Positions 22,478 through 33,508 of a stretch of DNA of 44,585 nt are shown here, piece after piece. Every line of letters begins with the position of its first letter. The stretch's first letter is position 1. The stretch is from positions 1-44,585 of the forward strand of contig NIVC01000462.1 of the NCBI GenBank assembly GCA_002269645.1, given 5' to 3'. The notes under the pieces are model-generated. The model searched no databases and was not told the DNA's origin. It worked only from the letters and a program-made list of their open reading frames with translations. Position numbers and translations under genes: made by a program. Source of the stretch: Macrostomum lignano (taxonomy: Eukaryota).

Positions 22478-24915
22478 ATGCAGAAGTTCGAGAAGCTGGA
22501 GAAGATCGGCGAAGGCACCTACGGCACGGTGTTCAAGGCAAAGAATAAGGAGACGGGCGAGATCGTTGCCCTCAAGCGGGTCCGCCTGGACGAGGACGAC
22601 GAGGGCGTCCCGAGCTCGGCGCTGCGCGAGCTCTGCCTGCTCAAGGAGCTGAAGCACAAGAACGTTGTCCGCCTGCAGGACGTGCTGCACTCTGACCACA
22701 AGCTCACCATGGTGTTCGAGTTCTGCGACCAGGACCTCAAGAAGTACTTCGACTCCTGCAACGGCGAGGTCGAGGCCGACGTTGTCAAATCGTTCTTTCA
22801 TCAGCTGCTCAAGGGGCTCGAGTACTGCCACAAGAACAGCGTGTTGCACAGGTAACCCACCGCAAGCTGTACCAGGCTCCCAACATTTAAACTACGCATA
22901 AACTCTTCCAGACACCTTCCCATAAACTACCAGACACCTTACCATAAACTACCAGACACCTTCCTATAAACTACCAGACACCTTCCCATAAACTACCAGA
23001 CACCTTCGCATAAACTGCCAGACATCTTCCCATAAACTACCAGACACCTTCCCAAAAACTACCAGACACCTTCCTATAAACTGCCAGACACCTTCCCATA
23101 AACTACCAGACACCTTCGCATAAACTGCCAGACATCTTCCCATAAACTACCAGACACCTTCCCAAAAACTACCAGACACCTTCCCAAAGACTACCAGACA
23201 CCTTCCCATAAACTACCAGACACCTTCCCAAAAACTACCAGACACCTTCCCATAAACTACCAGACACCTTCCCATAAACTACCAGACACCTTCCCATAAA
23301 CTACCAGACACCTTCCCAAAGACTACCAGACACCTTCACATAAACTACCAGACACCTTTCCATAACTCTACCAGGCTCCAAACATTGCGACTACCCGACA
23401 ACCACCAACTAGAGTTTACCCCCTACGCTAACAGACATACCCATCAGTTAGATGTGCCTGCAACCTGCACAGTTCCCTGGTCAGCAGGTGTCAGCTTCAC
23501 CCTCAATTCCCGCAGGGACCTGAAGCCGCAGAACCTGCTCATCAACAAGAACGGTGAGCTCAAACTGGCCGACTTCGGGCTCGCCCGCGCCTACGGCATC
23601 CCGGTGCGCTGCTACTCAGCCGAAGTGGTCACCCTGTGGTACCGGCCGCCGGACATCTTGTTCGGGGCCAAGCTCTACTCCACTTCTGTGGACACCTGGT
23701 CGGCCGGCTGCATCTTCGCCGAGCTGTCCAACGCCGGCCGGCCGCTCTTCCCCGGCAACGACGTGGACGACCAGCTGAAGCGGATATTCAAGTGAGCCAC
23801 TCCGACCTCCTCGGTCACGGAATCGAAATCTCCTGATGAATGCGCGGCCTTCGAATTGGTCCCTGAACTGCTGCAGGAATTGCCCCTGATGAATTGTGGA
23901 AATCCCCCCTGAGGAACTGTGGAAATCGCCCCTGAGGAACTGTGGAAATCCCCCCTGAGGAATTGTTGAAATCCCCCCTGAGGAACTGTGGAAATCCCCC
24001 CCTGAGGAATTGTGGAAATCCCCCCTGAGGAATTGTGGAAATCCCCCCTGAGGAACTGTGGAAATCCCCCCTGAGGAATTGTTGAAATCCCCCCTAAGGA
24101 ATTGTGGAAATCCCCCCTGAGGAACTGTGGAAATCCCCCCTGAGGAACTGTGGAAATCCCCCCTGAGGAACTGTGGAAATCCCCCCTGAGGAACTGTGGA
24201 AATCCCCCCTGAGGAACTGTGGAAATCCCCCCTGAGGAACTGTGGAAATCCCCCCTGAGGAATTGTTGAAATCCCCCCTGAGTAATTGTGGAAATCGCCT
24301 CTAAGAAACTGGGAAACACCCCTAAGAAACTGTGGAATCGCCCATAAGCCACAAGAAATCGCCCATAAGCCACAAGGAATCGCCATAAGCCACAAGGAAT
24401 CGCCCATAAGCCACAAGGAATCGCCATAAGCCACAAGGAATCGCCCATAAGCCACAAGGAATCGCCCATAAGCCACAAGGAATAGCCCATAAGCCACAAG
24501 GAATCGCCCATAAGCCACAAGGAATCGCCCATAAGCCACAAGGAATAGCCCATAAGCCACAAGGAATCGCCCATAAGCCACAAGGAATCGCCCATAAGCC
24601 ACAAGGAATCGCCCATAAGCCACAAGGAATCGCCCATAAGCCACAAAGAATCGCCCATAAGCCACAAGGAATCGCCCCGCCACCCGCAGGCTGCTGGGCA
24701 CGCCAACCGAGGACAGCTGGCCGGGAGTCACGCAGCTGCCGGACTACAAGTCGTTCCCGCTTTACCCTGGCAGCTCCAGCCTGCAGCAGGTGGTGCCCAG
24801 GATGAGCAGCAAAGGCCGGGACCTGCTCTCCCGCCTGCTGGTCTGCAACCCGCAGTACCGCCTGCACGCGGACCAGGCGCTGCAGCACCCGTACTTCTCC
24901 GAGCCCGCCGCCTGA
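22478..24915 (+). CDS. CDK5: Cyclin-dependent kinase 5, 291 aa; exons 22478-22851, 23516-23791, 24690-24915
   Basis: [23 protein letters not shown]; CDK5-diagnostic PSSALRE helix; HRDLKPQN; [28 protein letters not shown]; [14 protein letters not shown]. Both introns are phase 2 and the total is 876 nt in frame. Confidence 0.98.
22897..23364. repeat. 22-bp minisatellite (ATAAACTACCAGACACCTTCCC), CDK5 intron 1
   Basis: About 21 tandem units. Confidence 0.95.
23890..24296. repeat. 23-bp minisatellite (GGAAATCCCCCCTGAGGAACTGT), CDK5 intron 2
   Basis: About 18 tandem units. Confidence 0.95.
24334..24677. repeat. 21-bp minisatellite (GGAATCGCCCATAAGCCACAA), CDK5 intron 2, ending just before the acceptor
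   Basis: About 16 tandem units. Confidence 0.95.
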
Positions 24916-25520
24916 GCCTCCGGTCTCTGCTCCCCCTGGCTCTGCTGGCGCGGCCCGTCCAGCTCATTATTGATGCTCCAGTCATCGCGAATTGTGCGAG
25001 TTTGCTACTGTCTGATTCAGCCTACTATGAGTAGAGTGTATAGAACAAATGTGCAATTCTGTTTTTAATTGAGAAATCGCGGTTATTGATGCGCTCTTTG
25101 TTTTCAGATCCTTTCTTTGATTTGCACGGAATTTTGCCATGCCTGTTTAGCCTGTTGATTCCTAGGCTTAGCTGCTAGTGTACTGCGCTATTGCTGCTGC
25201 AATTACCGCTTCTAGTCATTCGGTGTCGTGTGTTGTGCTACTAATTCTGGTATGTTCCACTGCCTCTGTCTGGCCTTGTCGGATCAACTCGCCAGGTCAG
25301 CTGAGGTTCTCAAAATGATTGCATAATCCGAATGCCCGATTTGCCCGGCCTGCCCTCCCCCCTCCCGCGTACTCTGTGATCCGCTCTCAGAGCTTGGCTG
25401 GTCACCGATTCGTGATGCTGCGAATTACTAAATATAAAATATATGCGATTTCCATATATGCCTACTGGGTGGCACCGCTGGCCCACACACTTATTCACCG
25501 TTCGCGTCCTTGTGTCATTC

Positions 25521-26069
25521 TATGAGCAGGTAGGAGTAGCCTATTGTCACTATGAGCAGGTAGGAGTAGCTGATTGTCACTCTATGAGCAGGTAGGAGTA
25601 GCCGATTTTCACTCTATGAGCAGGTAGGAGTAGCTGATTGTCACTCTATGAGCAGGTAGGAGTAGCCGATTGTCACTCTATGAGCAGGTAGGAGTAGCCT
25701 ATTGTCACTCCATGAGCAGGTAGGAGTAGCTGATTGTCACTCTATGAGCAGGTAGGAGTAGCCGATTGTCACTCTATGAGCAGGTAGAAGTAGCCGATTG
25801 CCACTCCATGAGCAGGTAGGAGTAGCCGATTGCCACTCTATGAGCAGGTAGGAGTAGCCGATTGCCACTCTATGAGCAGGTAGGAGTAGCCGATTGCCAC
25901 TCTATGAGCAGGTAGGAGTAGCCGATTGCCACTCTATGAGCAGGTAGGAGTAGCCGATTACCACTCTATGAGCAGGTAGGAGTAGCCGATTGCCACTCTA
26001 TGAGCAGGTAGGAGTAGCCGATTGCCACTCTATGAGCAGGTAGGAGTAGCCGATTGCCACTCTATGAGC
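25521..26069. repeat. 32-bp minisatellite (TATGAGCAGGTAGGAGTAGCCGATTGCCACTC) between CDK5 and TBL3
   Basis: Period checked (25871 to 26031 = 5 x 32). Confidence 0.95.
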
Positions 26070-26161
26070 CAGTATCAACAGCTGATTTTCACACTTTGAG
26101 CAGGCAGAGGAGCGGCCACAATACGCAGCCGGCTTTCTATTTTATGCAGCATCAGCCCGGC

Positions 26162-29100
26162 ATGACTTCAGCATCTTCGCCGCCCGACGAGGTGGAGCTC
26201 CGTCAGGTGTCCGAGCTGCGCCCGTTCCACTCGCCGGGGTCGGCGATTCACGCTGGACACGACGGGCGCCACGTCATCTGCCAGCGCAACACCTCGGACG
26301 GCTCCTCGCTGTTCGTGGTGGACACCACAGACTGCGGCATCCATCGGGAGCTCGTCGGCCAGACGGAGAAGGTCACGGCAGTCGCGGTGTCGCCGGCGGA
26401 CTCGGCCGTCTACACGGCCAACAAGGAGCTGCTGCTGCGCCGCTGGGACTGGCAGACTGGCGAGACAGGCAGCACCTGGCGCAGCTTCCACCGCAGCCCC
26501 ATCACCCTGCTGGCCGTCAGCGAGGACGGTCGACGGCTGGCCAGTGGCAGCTCGGACGGCGCCGTGCGGCTGTGGGATCGGGGAAACGGCGACACCCGGC
26601 CCTGCAGGGGGCACTCCGGCCTGCTCAGCCTCCTGCGCCTCGCTGCGGGCCAACTGTTCTCAGCTGACGGGCATGACTATCGGGTGCGCGTTTGGTCCGC
26701 CACCTCTGCCGAGCTGAGTGGAGCGCTGGAAGGCCACCAGAGCGCCGTCACCGGCCTGTGCCTGATGGACGAGGGCTGGGCCGTCACCAGCGGCAGGGAT
26801 CAGGTGAGGCCGGTTTTGGTGTCCGGGATCGGATTTCAGGATGTCAGGGATCAGGTGTTAGGGTGTCAGGGATCAGGTGTTAGGGTGTCAGGGATCAGGT
26901 GTTAGGGTGTCAGGGATCAAGTGTCAGGGTGTCAGGGATCAGGTGTTAGGATGTCAGGGATCAGGTGTTAGGGTGTCAGGGATCAGGTGTTAGGGTGTCA
27001 GGGATCAGGTGTTAGGATGTCAGGGATCAGGTGTTAGGGTGTCAGGGATCAGGTGTTAGGGTGTCAGGGATCAGGTGTTAGGGTGTCAGGGATCAGGTGT
27101 TAGGGTGTCAGGGATCAGGTGTCAGGGTATCAGGGATCAGGTGTTAGGGTGTCAGGGATCAGGTGTCAGGGTGTCAGGGATCAGGTGTTAGGGTGTCAGG
27201 GATCAGGTGTTAGGGTGTCAGGGATCAGGTGTTAGGGTGTCAGGGATCAGTTTTAGGGTGTCAGGGATCAGTTTTAGGGTGTCAGGGATAGGATTCTACA
27301 CCTATTAGATAAGAGTAGTATGCTAAATTTAAGTCCAAGGTCGCTATTTCTCGCATTTTAGGTGCTAATTGTCTGGCAGCTGAGCAATTATTCTCGCCTA
27401 GCAACGGTACCCACCGACGAGAGTCTGGAGTGCTGCATCCGCGCCCCGGCAGGCCTGGCGGAGTCGCTGGGACTCGGAGCCGTCGCCGGCGGGCTGGTGC
27501 TGACTGGCGGCCAGTCCGGCCGGCTCAAGTTCTGGGACCTCAGCAGCAGCCGGCGCCGCTGCCTGCTGGAGCTCAGCCGCGGCGACGGCGGCCAGAGCGG
27601 CGGCGGCGGAGGCGGCGGGGAGAGCGCGGAGTACTCCCCGGCAGCGTGCAGTGCGCCCTAACGCTGGGCGACGGCCTGCTGGTCGCCAGGCAGGCGGGCT
27701 CCGTCGAGCTGTACAGTGGCAGCGGCCGCCTCGAGGCCGAGTGGTGCGGCGCCCTCGGCGAGGTCACCTGCGTGCTGGCGGGCCCGCCAATTGGCGATGC
27801 CTCGGCTACCCGGCTGCTGCTGGCCACGGACTCCGGCCCCTTCCTTCGCGTCTTCCTGTGGCGGCCGGGCGACTCCGCTGATTGGCGCTGCCGTTCCCTG
27901 CAGCTGCACGGCGAGCTGGACTCGCTGATCTGCTGCTCGCTGCTGCCCGGCAACCGCCTTCTCACCGCTGCCAAGGGCGGCCGGGTCCGCCTTCACCGCC
28001 TCGAGGTCGCCGGCCAGAGCCTCGCCGGCGTGCGCGCCGTCCACATTGGCGACCTGGAGCCCGGCCACGAGGGTCACGTGACCGCCCTGGCCGCTACTGC
28101 CGACGGCAATATGGCCGCCTCCGCCTGCGAGACGCCCGTTATCAAAGCCTTCCGCGTCACCGACTCCGGGCCGACCGTGGTTGCCATGGTGACCAGGCCG
28201 CACGAGAAGGCCGTCAACTGCCTGGCGGTGTCGCCTAACGACACCCTGCTGGCCGCAGGCAGCCGGGACAAGTCCGTGTCGCTCTGGTCGCTGCCCAAGC
28301 TGCGTCCCATCGGGCGGCTCTCCGGCCACAAGCGGGGCGTCTGGAGCGTCAAATTCAGCCGGCACCAGCAGCTGCTGGCCAGCGTCTCCGCCGACTGCTG
28401 TGCCAGAGTTTGGGACTTGCGCGACCTCAGCTGCCACCGCTGCCTGCAGGGTGACCACCCGCTGTACGACCTCGACTGGCTGGGCTCACAGCACCTTGTC
28501 ACAGTGGATCAGGTGCGAGTTTGGGTGCAGCTTGTCGCCAAGCCTGCCTGTGTTTGAATATTCGCCCTGCCACCCGCCTGCATCCGCCTCCGTCCCTGCC
28601 ACCTCCGCTCCTTTCACCACCTCTGCATCCACCTCCGCCCCTGTCACCACCTCTGCATCCACCTCCGCCCCTGTCACCTCTGCATCCGCCTCCGCCCCTG
28701 TCACCTCCTCTGCATCCGCCTCCGCCCCTGTCACCTCCTCTGCATCCGCCTCCGCCCCTGTCACCACCTCTGCATCCACCTCCGCCCCTGTCACCACCTC
28801 TGCATCCACCTCCGCCCCTGTCACCACCTCTGCATCCGCCTCCGCCCCTGTCACCACCTCTGCATCCACCTCCGCCCCTGTCACCTCCTCTGCATCCGCC
28901 TCCGCCCCTGTCACCACCTCTGCATCCACCTCCGCCCCTGTCACCACCTCTGCATCCACCTCCGCCCCTGTCACCACCTCTGCATCCGCCTCCGCCCCTG
29001 TCACCACCTCTGCATCCACCTCCGCCCCTGTCACCTCCTCTGCATCCGCCTCCGCCCCTGTCACCACCTCTGCATCCACCTCCGCCCCTGTCACCACCTC

Positions 29101-29863
29101 TGCATCCACCTCCGCCCCTGTCACCACCTCTGCATCCGCCTCCGCCCGTCACCTCCGCCCCTGTCACCTCGGCCACTCCCACCCCGCCCCGCAGTCCGGC
29201 CTTGTTCGCGTCTGGTCGGTGCGGGACCGCGCCCCGGTGGCCACCCGGGAGGGCCACAACGGCCGCGCCTGGTGCATCGCCTCGCTAGGAGACGCCGCCC
29301 CGGCCGCTGACGCCACCGACGAAGGCACCAGCGGCTCTGGCGGTCACTGGCTCACCGGCGGCGAGGACGGCCGGCTGCTGCTTTGGCGAGATGCCACCGC
29401 CGAGGCCGTTGCCGAGCGCGCTGAAGCCCGCGCTGACGCTTTGGCGCGCGAGCAGCGCCTTCAGAATCTGCTTGGTTCCGGCCGCCTCGCCGAGGCCCTC
29501 GCCCTGGCGCTGAGCCTTGCCCAGCCATCGCGGGCGCGCGGCATCGTGGCCGACTTGGTGGCGGCCTCCGGCTGCGGCCGCCTGGACCCGGAGCTCGTGC
29601 GCGGCCTGGACGAGCCGCTGCAGCAGCGCCTGCTGGAGTTCAGCGCCGGCTGGAATTCGAACTCGCGCACCTGCCACGAGGCGCAGTGCGCCCTGCACGC
29701 CCTCCTGCTAGTGCGGACGCCGCAGCAGCTGCTGGCCTGGCCCTCCGTGCGGCGCCACCTGCCCGCCCTCCTCGCTTTCACCGAGCGGCACGAAAGGCGG
29801 GCGCAGCAGCTGGCAGCGTGTCGGCACCTGATCCGCCTGCTGGCTGCTGACCCCGCTGCCTGA
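26162..29863 (+). CDS. TBL3: Transducin beta-like protein 3 / UTP13 (WD40 repeats + Utp13 C-terminal domain; SSU processome). Exons 26162-26803, 27362-28512, 29195-29863; one apparent 1-nt deletion at 27636-27639
   Basis: WD40 repeats; HEKAVNCLAVSPNDTLLAAGSRDKSVSLW; LSGHKRGVWSVKFS; Utp13-type C-terminus (REQRLQN..ALALALSLAQP, LLEFSAGWNSNSRTCHEAQ, LLAFTERHERR). Both introns are phase 0. The start could alternatively be 26144. Confidence 0.92.
26840..27289. repeat. 22-bp minisatellite (GGATCAGGTGTTAGGGTGTCAG), TBL3 intron 1
   Basis: AGGTGTT at 26941, 26963 and 26985. Confidence 0.95.
28575..29167. repeat. 30-bp C-rich minisatellite (CTCTGCATCCACCTCCGCCCCTGTCACCAC), TBL3 intron 2
   Basis: About 19 units; stop-free in several frames, giving false mucin-like ORFs. 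Confidence 0.95.
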
Positions 29864-29919
29864 GAATGCCACTACCTGTGCCTGCTTGCTTTTATCATGA
29901 GTTGCGACCCTGCGAATGA

Positions 29920-29925
29920 AATAAA
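29920..29925 (+). promoter_or_regulatory. Probable polyadenylation signal of TBL3 (AATAAA)
   Basis: AATAAA 57 nt after the TBL3 stop, followed by T-rich sequence. Confidence 0.5.
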
Positions 29926-30056
29926 CTGCATTTTTGACCCGATTTGAATTCATTCGGGCGCGAATTCTGGTCCAATTTTGGCCAAGTCTTTTGTTTGTTC
30001 TGCAGATAGCTTAGGGCTCTTAGTCTGGCTCAGGCCTCCGCTGTTCCGGATCCTAC

Positions 30057-30630
30057 CGGGATCTCAGCAGTATCTCACATCATCCTGTAGGATACCTGTC
30101 CCACTCACCTGGGATCTCAGCAGTATCTCATCTTCATCCTGTAGGATACCTGTCCCACTCACCTGGGATCTCAGCAGTATCTCACATCTTCATCCTGTAG
30201 GATACCTGTCCCACTCACCTGGGATCTCAGCAGTATCTCACATCTTTATCATGTAGGATACCTGTCCCACCCACCTGGGATCTCAGCAGTATCTCACAGC
30301 TTCATTCTGTAGGATACCTGTCCCACCCACTTGGGATCTCAGCAGTATCTCACAGCTTCATCATGTAGGATACCTGTCCCACCCACCTGGGATCTCAGCA
30401 GTATCTCACAGCTTCATTCTGTAGGATACCTGTCCCACCCACCTGGGATCTCAGCAGTATCTCACAGCTTCATTCTGTAGGATACCTATCCCACTTACCT
30501 GGGATCTTAGCAGTATCTCACATCTTCATCCTGTGGGATACCTATCCCACTTACCTGGGATCTCAGCAGTATCTCACAGCTTCATCCTGTAGGATACCTG
30601 TCTCACTCACCTGGGATCTCAGCAGTATCT
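30057..30630. repeat. 53-56 bp minisatellite (CCTGTAGGATACCTGTCCCACTCACCTGGGATCTCAGCAGTATCTCACATCTTCAT) between TBL3 and MED27
   Basis: About 10 units. Confidence 0.94.
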
Positions 30631-30711
30631 TGAATCCCATGTAGCACATTCTTAGTCCCAAGCATTAGCATCAGAACCCCACTGTGTGGCAATCTGTGCG
30701 CCATCCCGCAG

Positions 30712-32312
30712 GAGAGCCTGAGCCACCTGTCCATCCAGAGCCTGCTGCACGTGCGCGAGCTTCGCGGCGAGCTGCTGCAGCTGCACCAGCCGGCCAGCGA
30801 CGGTTCCGGGTCGTCCGGCTTCGAGCAGCTGGCCGCCACCGCCCGCAAGCTGGCCGAGAGCGTGCAGAGCCTGGACCAGCTGGCCGAGAAGATGGCGCTG
30901 GTTGCCAGGCAGCAGTACCAGCAGGCGGTCCCGCCCGACCAGCTCAGTTTGTACCCCAACATCCTGCTGGCTGACGCCGACCCGGAGCGGCACGCCGCCA
31001 CAACCCAGGCGTTGTTCGGCGAACGCTGGCGCGCCGACGTCTGCGGCCTGGTGCGCGACGGCCTGGCCACCCGCGCCCTCCTGCACGCCCGCGCCCGCGC
31101 CCCGGCCGCCGCCGCTGCCACCGCCTCCGCCGCCGCCTCCCGGTCGGGTGGAGGGCGCCAGAGTGAATTGGCCACGCAGTCGCAGCAGATGCGGAACTTC
31201 CTGGAGCGGGAGCTGAGCCGCAGCTACCGGACCCAGTGCGAACGGCACCACCGCGACTCGGACCGCCAGCTCAGCGTCTCCGTAGAGCCCGCGTCGCCCT
31301 GCACCAATCTGGCCGTCGTCACCACCGACTGCTTCCACGTGCTGCTGTTCACAAGGGGCCTGGTTATTGAGATGGCTCAGGTGAGGCTTTGATCCCCTGT
31401 TGAGTTTTCCCATCCATCCCGCTCCCCCTGGCTCAGGTGAGGCTTTGATCCCCTGTTGAGTTTTCCCATTCATCCCGCTCCCCCTGGCTCAGGTGAGGCT
31501 TTGATCCCCTGTTGAGTTTTCCCATTCATCCCGCTCCCCCTGGCTCAGGTGAGGCTTTGATCCCCTGTTGAGTTTTCCCATCCATCCCGCTCCCCCTGGC
31601 TCAGGTGAGGCTTTGATCCCCTGTTGAGTTTTCCCATCCATCCCGCTCCCCCTGGCTCAGGTGAGGCTTTGATCCCCTGTTGAGTTTTCCCATTCATCCC
31701 GCTCCCCCTCTGGCTCAGGTGAGGCTTTGATCCCCTGTTGAGTTTTCCCATCCATCCCGCTCCCCCTGGCTCAGGTGAGGCTTTGATCCCCTGTTGAGTT
31801 TTCCCATTCATCCCGCTCCCCCTGGCTCAGGTGAGGCTTTGATCCCCTGTTGAGTTTTCCCATTCATCCCGCTCCCCCTGGCTCAGGTGAGACTTTGATC
31901 CCCTCTTGAGTTTTCCCATCCATCCCCCCCCCTGGCTCCGTATTCGTGCTCAGCTGTATACCTGCAATATACATGTGCATTTCGGGTTCTCCCCTGCCCG
32001 CAGGTGCTGGGCCTCGGCGAGCCGCTGCCCCGGCCCAACCAGGCCTGGCCGAGCTCCCATTTTCGCTGTTTCCGCCAGCTGACGGCCGGCCTGCTGCAGC
32101 TGCTGGTGGCCGGCAGGCAGAGCGGCGGCGGCACCAGCCTGCTGCAGCTGCTCATCAAGTGGCTCTGCGCCTTTCGCAACCTCTTCATGCAGCGCTGCGC
32201 CCGCTGCGACCGCATCCTGCGGGACCAGCTGCCGCCCACCTGGTTCGATTTTCGCAAGGACGACCGGCCAGTCTATCACCTGGCCTGCAAGAGTGCCGTG
32301 TGCGCCGCCTGA
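30712..32312 (+). CDS. MED27: Mediator of RNA polymerase II transcription subunit 27; exons 30712-31380 and 32004-32312; no genomic start codon found upstream
   Basis: The C-terminus WLCAFRNLFMQRCARCDRILRDQLPPTWFDFR..YHLAC matches the MED27 zinc-binding tail (LF..PC.RCG..L.D.LPPTW.DFR). Phase-0 intron; 325 codons from the acceptor at 30711. Confidence 0.9.
31373..31937. repeat. 56-bp minisatellite containing the MED27 5' splice site (GGCTCAG|GTGAGG), 10 copies
   Basis: Donor-like GT at 31381, 31437, 31493, 31549, 31605, 31661, 31719, 31775, 31831 and 31887. Confidence 0.96.
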
Positions 32313-32374
32313 TTCCAGCGCTTCTGGCCTGCATTTTAAAGTGTACATTTTGTCTGGTCTAAGGGGATTCCCCT

Positions 32375-32605
32375 GTTCCATAACGACGGGATTTCCCACG
32401 TTCTATAGCGACAGGATTTCCCACGTTCCGTAGCAACGGGAGATTCCCACGTTCCATAGCAACGGGATTTCCCACGTTCCATAGCAACGGAAGATTCCCA
32501 CGTTCCATAGCAACGGGATTTCCGACGTTCCATAGCAATGGGATTTCCCACGTGCCATAGCAGCGGGATTTCCCATGTTTTATAAAAGCGGATTCCCCTG
32601 TTCCC
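32375..32605. repeat. 25-bp minisatellite (CCATAGCAACGGGATTTCCCACGTT) downstream of MED27
   Basis: About 9 degenerate units. Confidence 0.88.
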
Positions 32606-32953
32606 TAACAGTAAAATGTCCTGTTTCATAGCAAATGGTGTTCCCCATTCTCATCATTTGATTCCCCTTATTCCATAGCAAAGGTGATGCGCATCTCGCT
32701 TATCTTCAATTATTTAAAAGCTTTGACCTGCCTGCTTCTACGTGAATGAGTTCTATTTGACTGTCGGCGGAATTCCTAAATGTATGCCATTTTGCTGTTG
32801 TGCATTCGCGTTTGTGTTGCATTTGCTACTTAAATACATCAGAGAGCGGCCTCTGCGGGCTGCGAAGTTCTGCGGCTTTTTTATTGAAAATTCAAAAAAA
32901 AAGAGTTTTTGTTTTGAGTCTTTACATGTACCTGCTGCAGGCCAGCAGTGGCA

Positions 32954-33508
32954 CGGGGATTCCCGACTGGCAATCCCTGCCGCTGGCCACCGGGGATTCC
33001 CCTGACTGGAACTCCCTGCCGCTGGCCACCGGGGATTCCCCTGACTGGAACTCCCTGCCGCTGGTCACCGAGGATTCCCCTGACTGGCAATCCCTGCCGC
33101 TGGCCACCGGGGAATCCCCTGACTGGCAATCCCTGTCGCTGGCCACCGGGGCTCCCCTGACCGGCAATCCCTGTCGCTGGCCACAGGGGCTCCCCTGACT
33201 GCAATCCCTGTCGCTGGCCACCGGGATTCCCCTGACTGGCAATCCCTGTCGCTGACCACCGGGGATTCCCCTGACTGGCAATCCCTGTCGCTGGCCACCG
33301 GGGCTCCCCTGGCTGGCAATCCCTGTCGCTGGCCACCGGGGATTCCCCTACTGGCAATCCCTGTCGCTGGCCACCGGGGCTCCCCTGACTGGCAATCCCT
33401 GTCGCTGGCCACCAGGGATTCCCCTACTGGCAATCCCTGTCGCTGGCCACCGGGGCTCCCCTGACTGGCAATCCCTGTCGCTGGCCACCGGGGATTCCCC
33501 TGACTGGC
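32954..33508. repeat. ~39-bp minisatellite (CCCTGACTGGCAATCCCTGTCGCTGGCCACCGGGGATTC)
   Basis: About 14 units; 13-aa periodicity in the ORF track. Confidence 0.94.

Noticed and set aside
26840-27289. Interstitial telomere (most units contain TTAGGG); likewise (CAGGTTG)n at 38132-38397
   Set aside because: The hexamer occurs at most once per 22-bp unit rather than in tandem, and the heptamer is not a telomeric repeat I recognise.
28400-29194. Mucin-like (VTTSASTSAP)n ORF continuous with the last TBL3 exon
   Set aside because: It lies between a clean phase-0 donor (28513) and acceptor (29194). The upstream exon frame stops at 28557 if the intron is retained. It is stop-free only because of the 30-bp C-rich unit.
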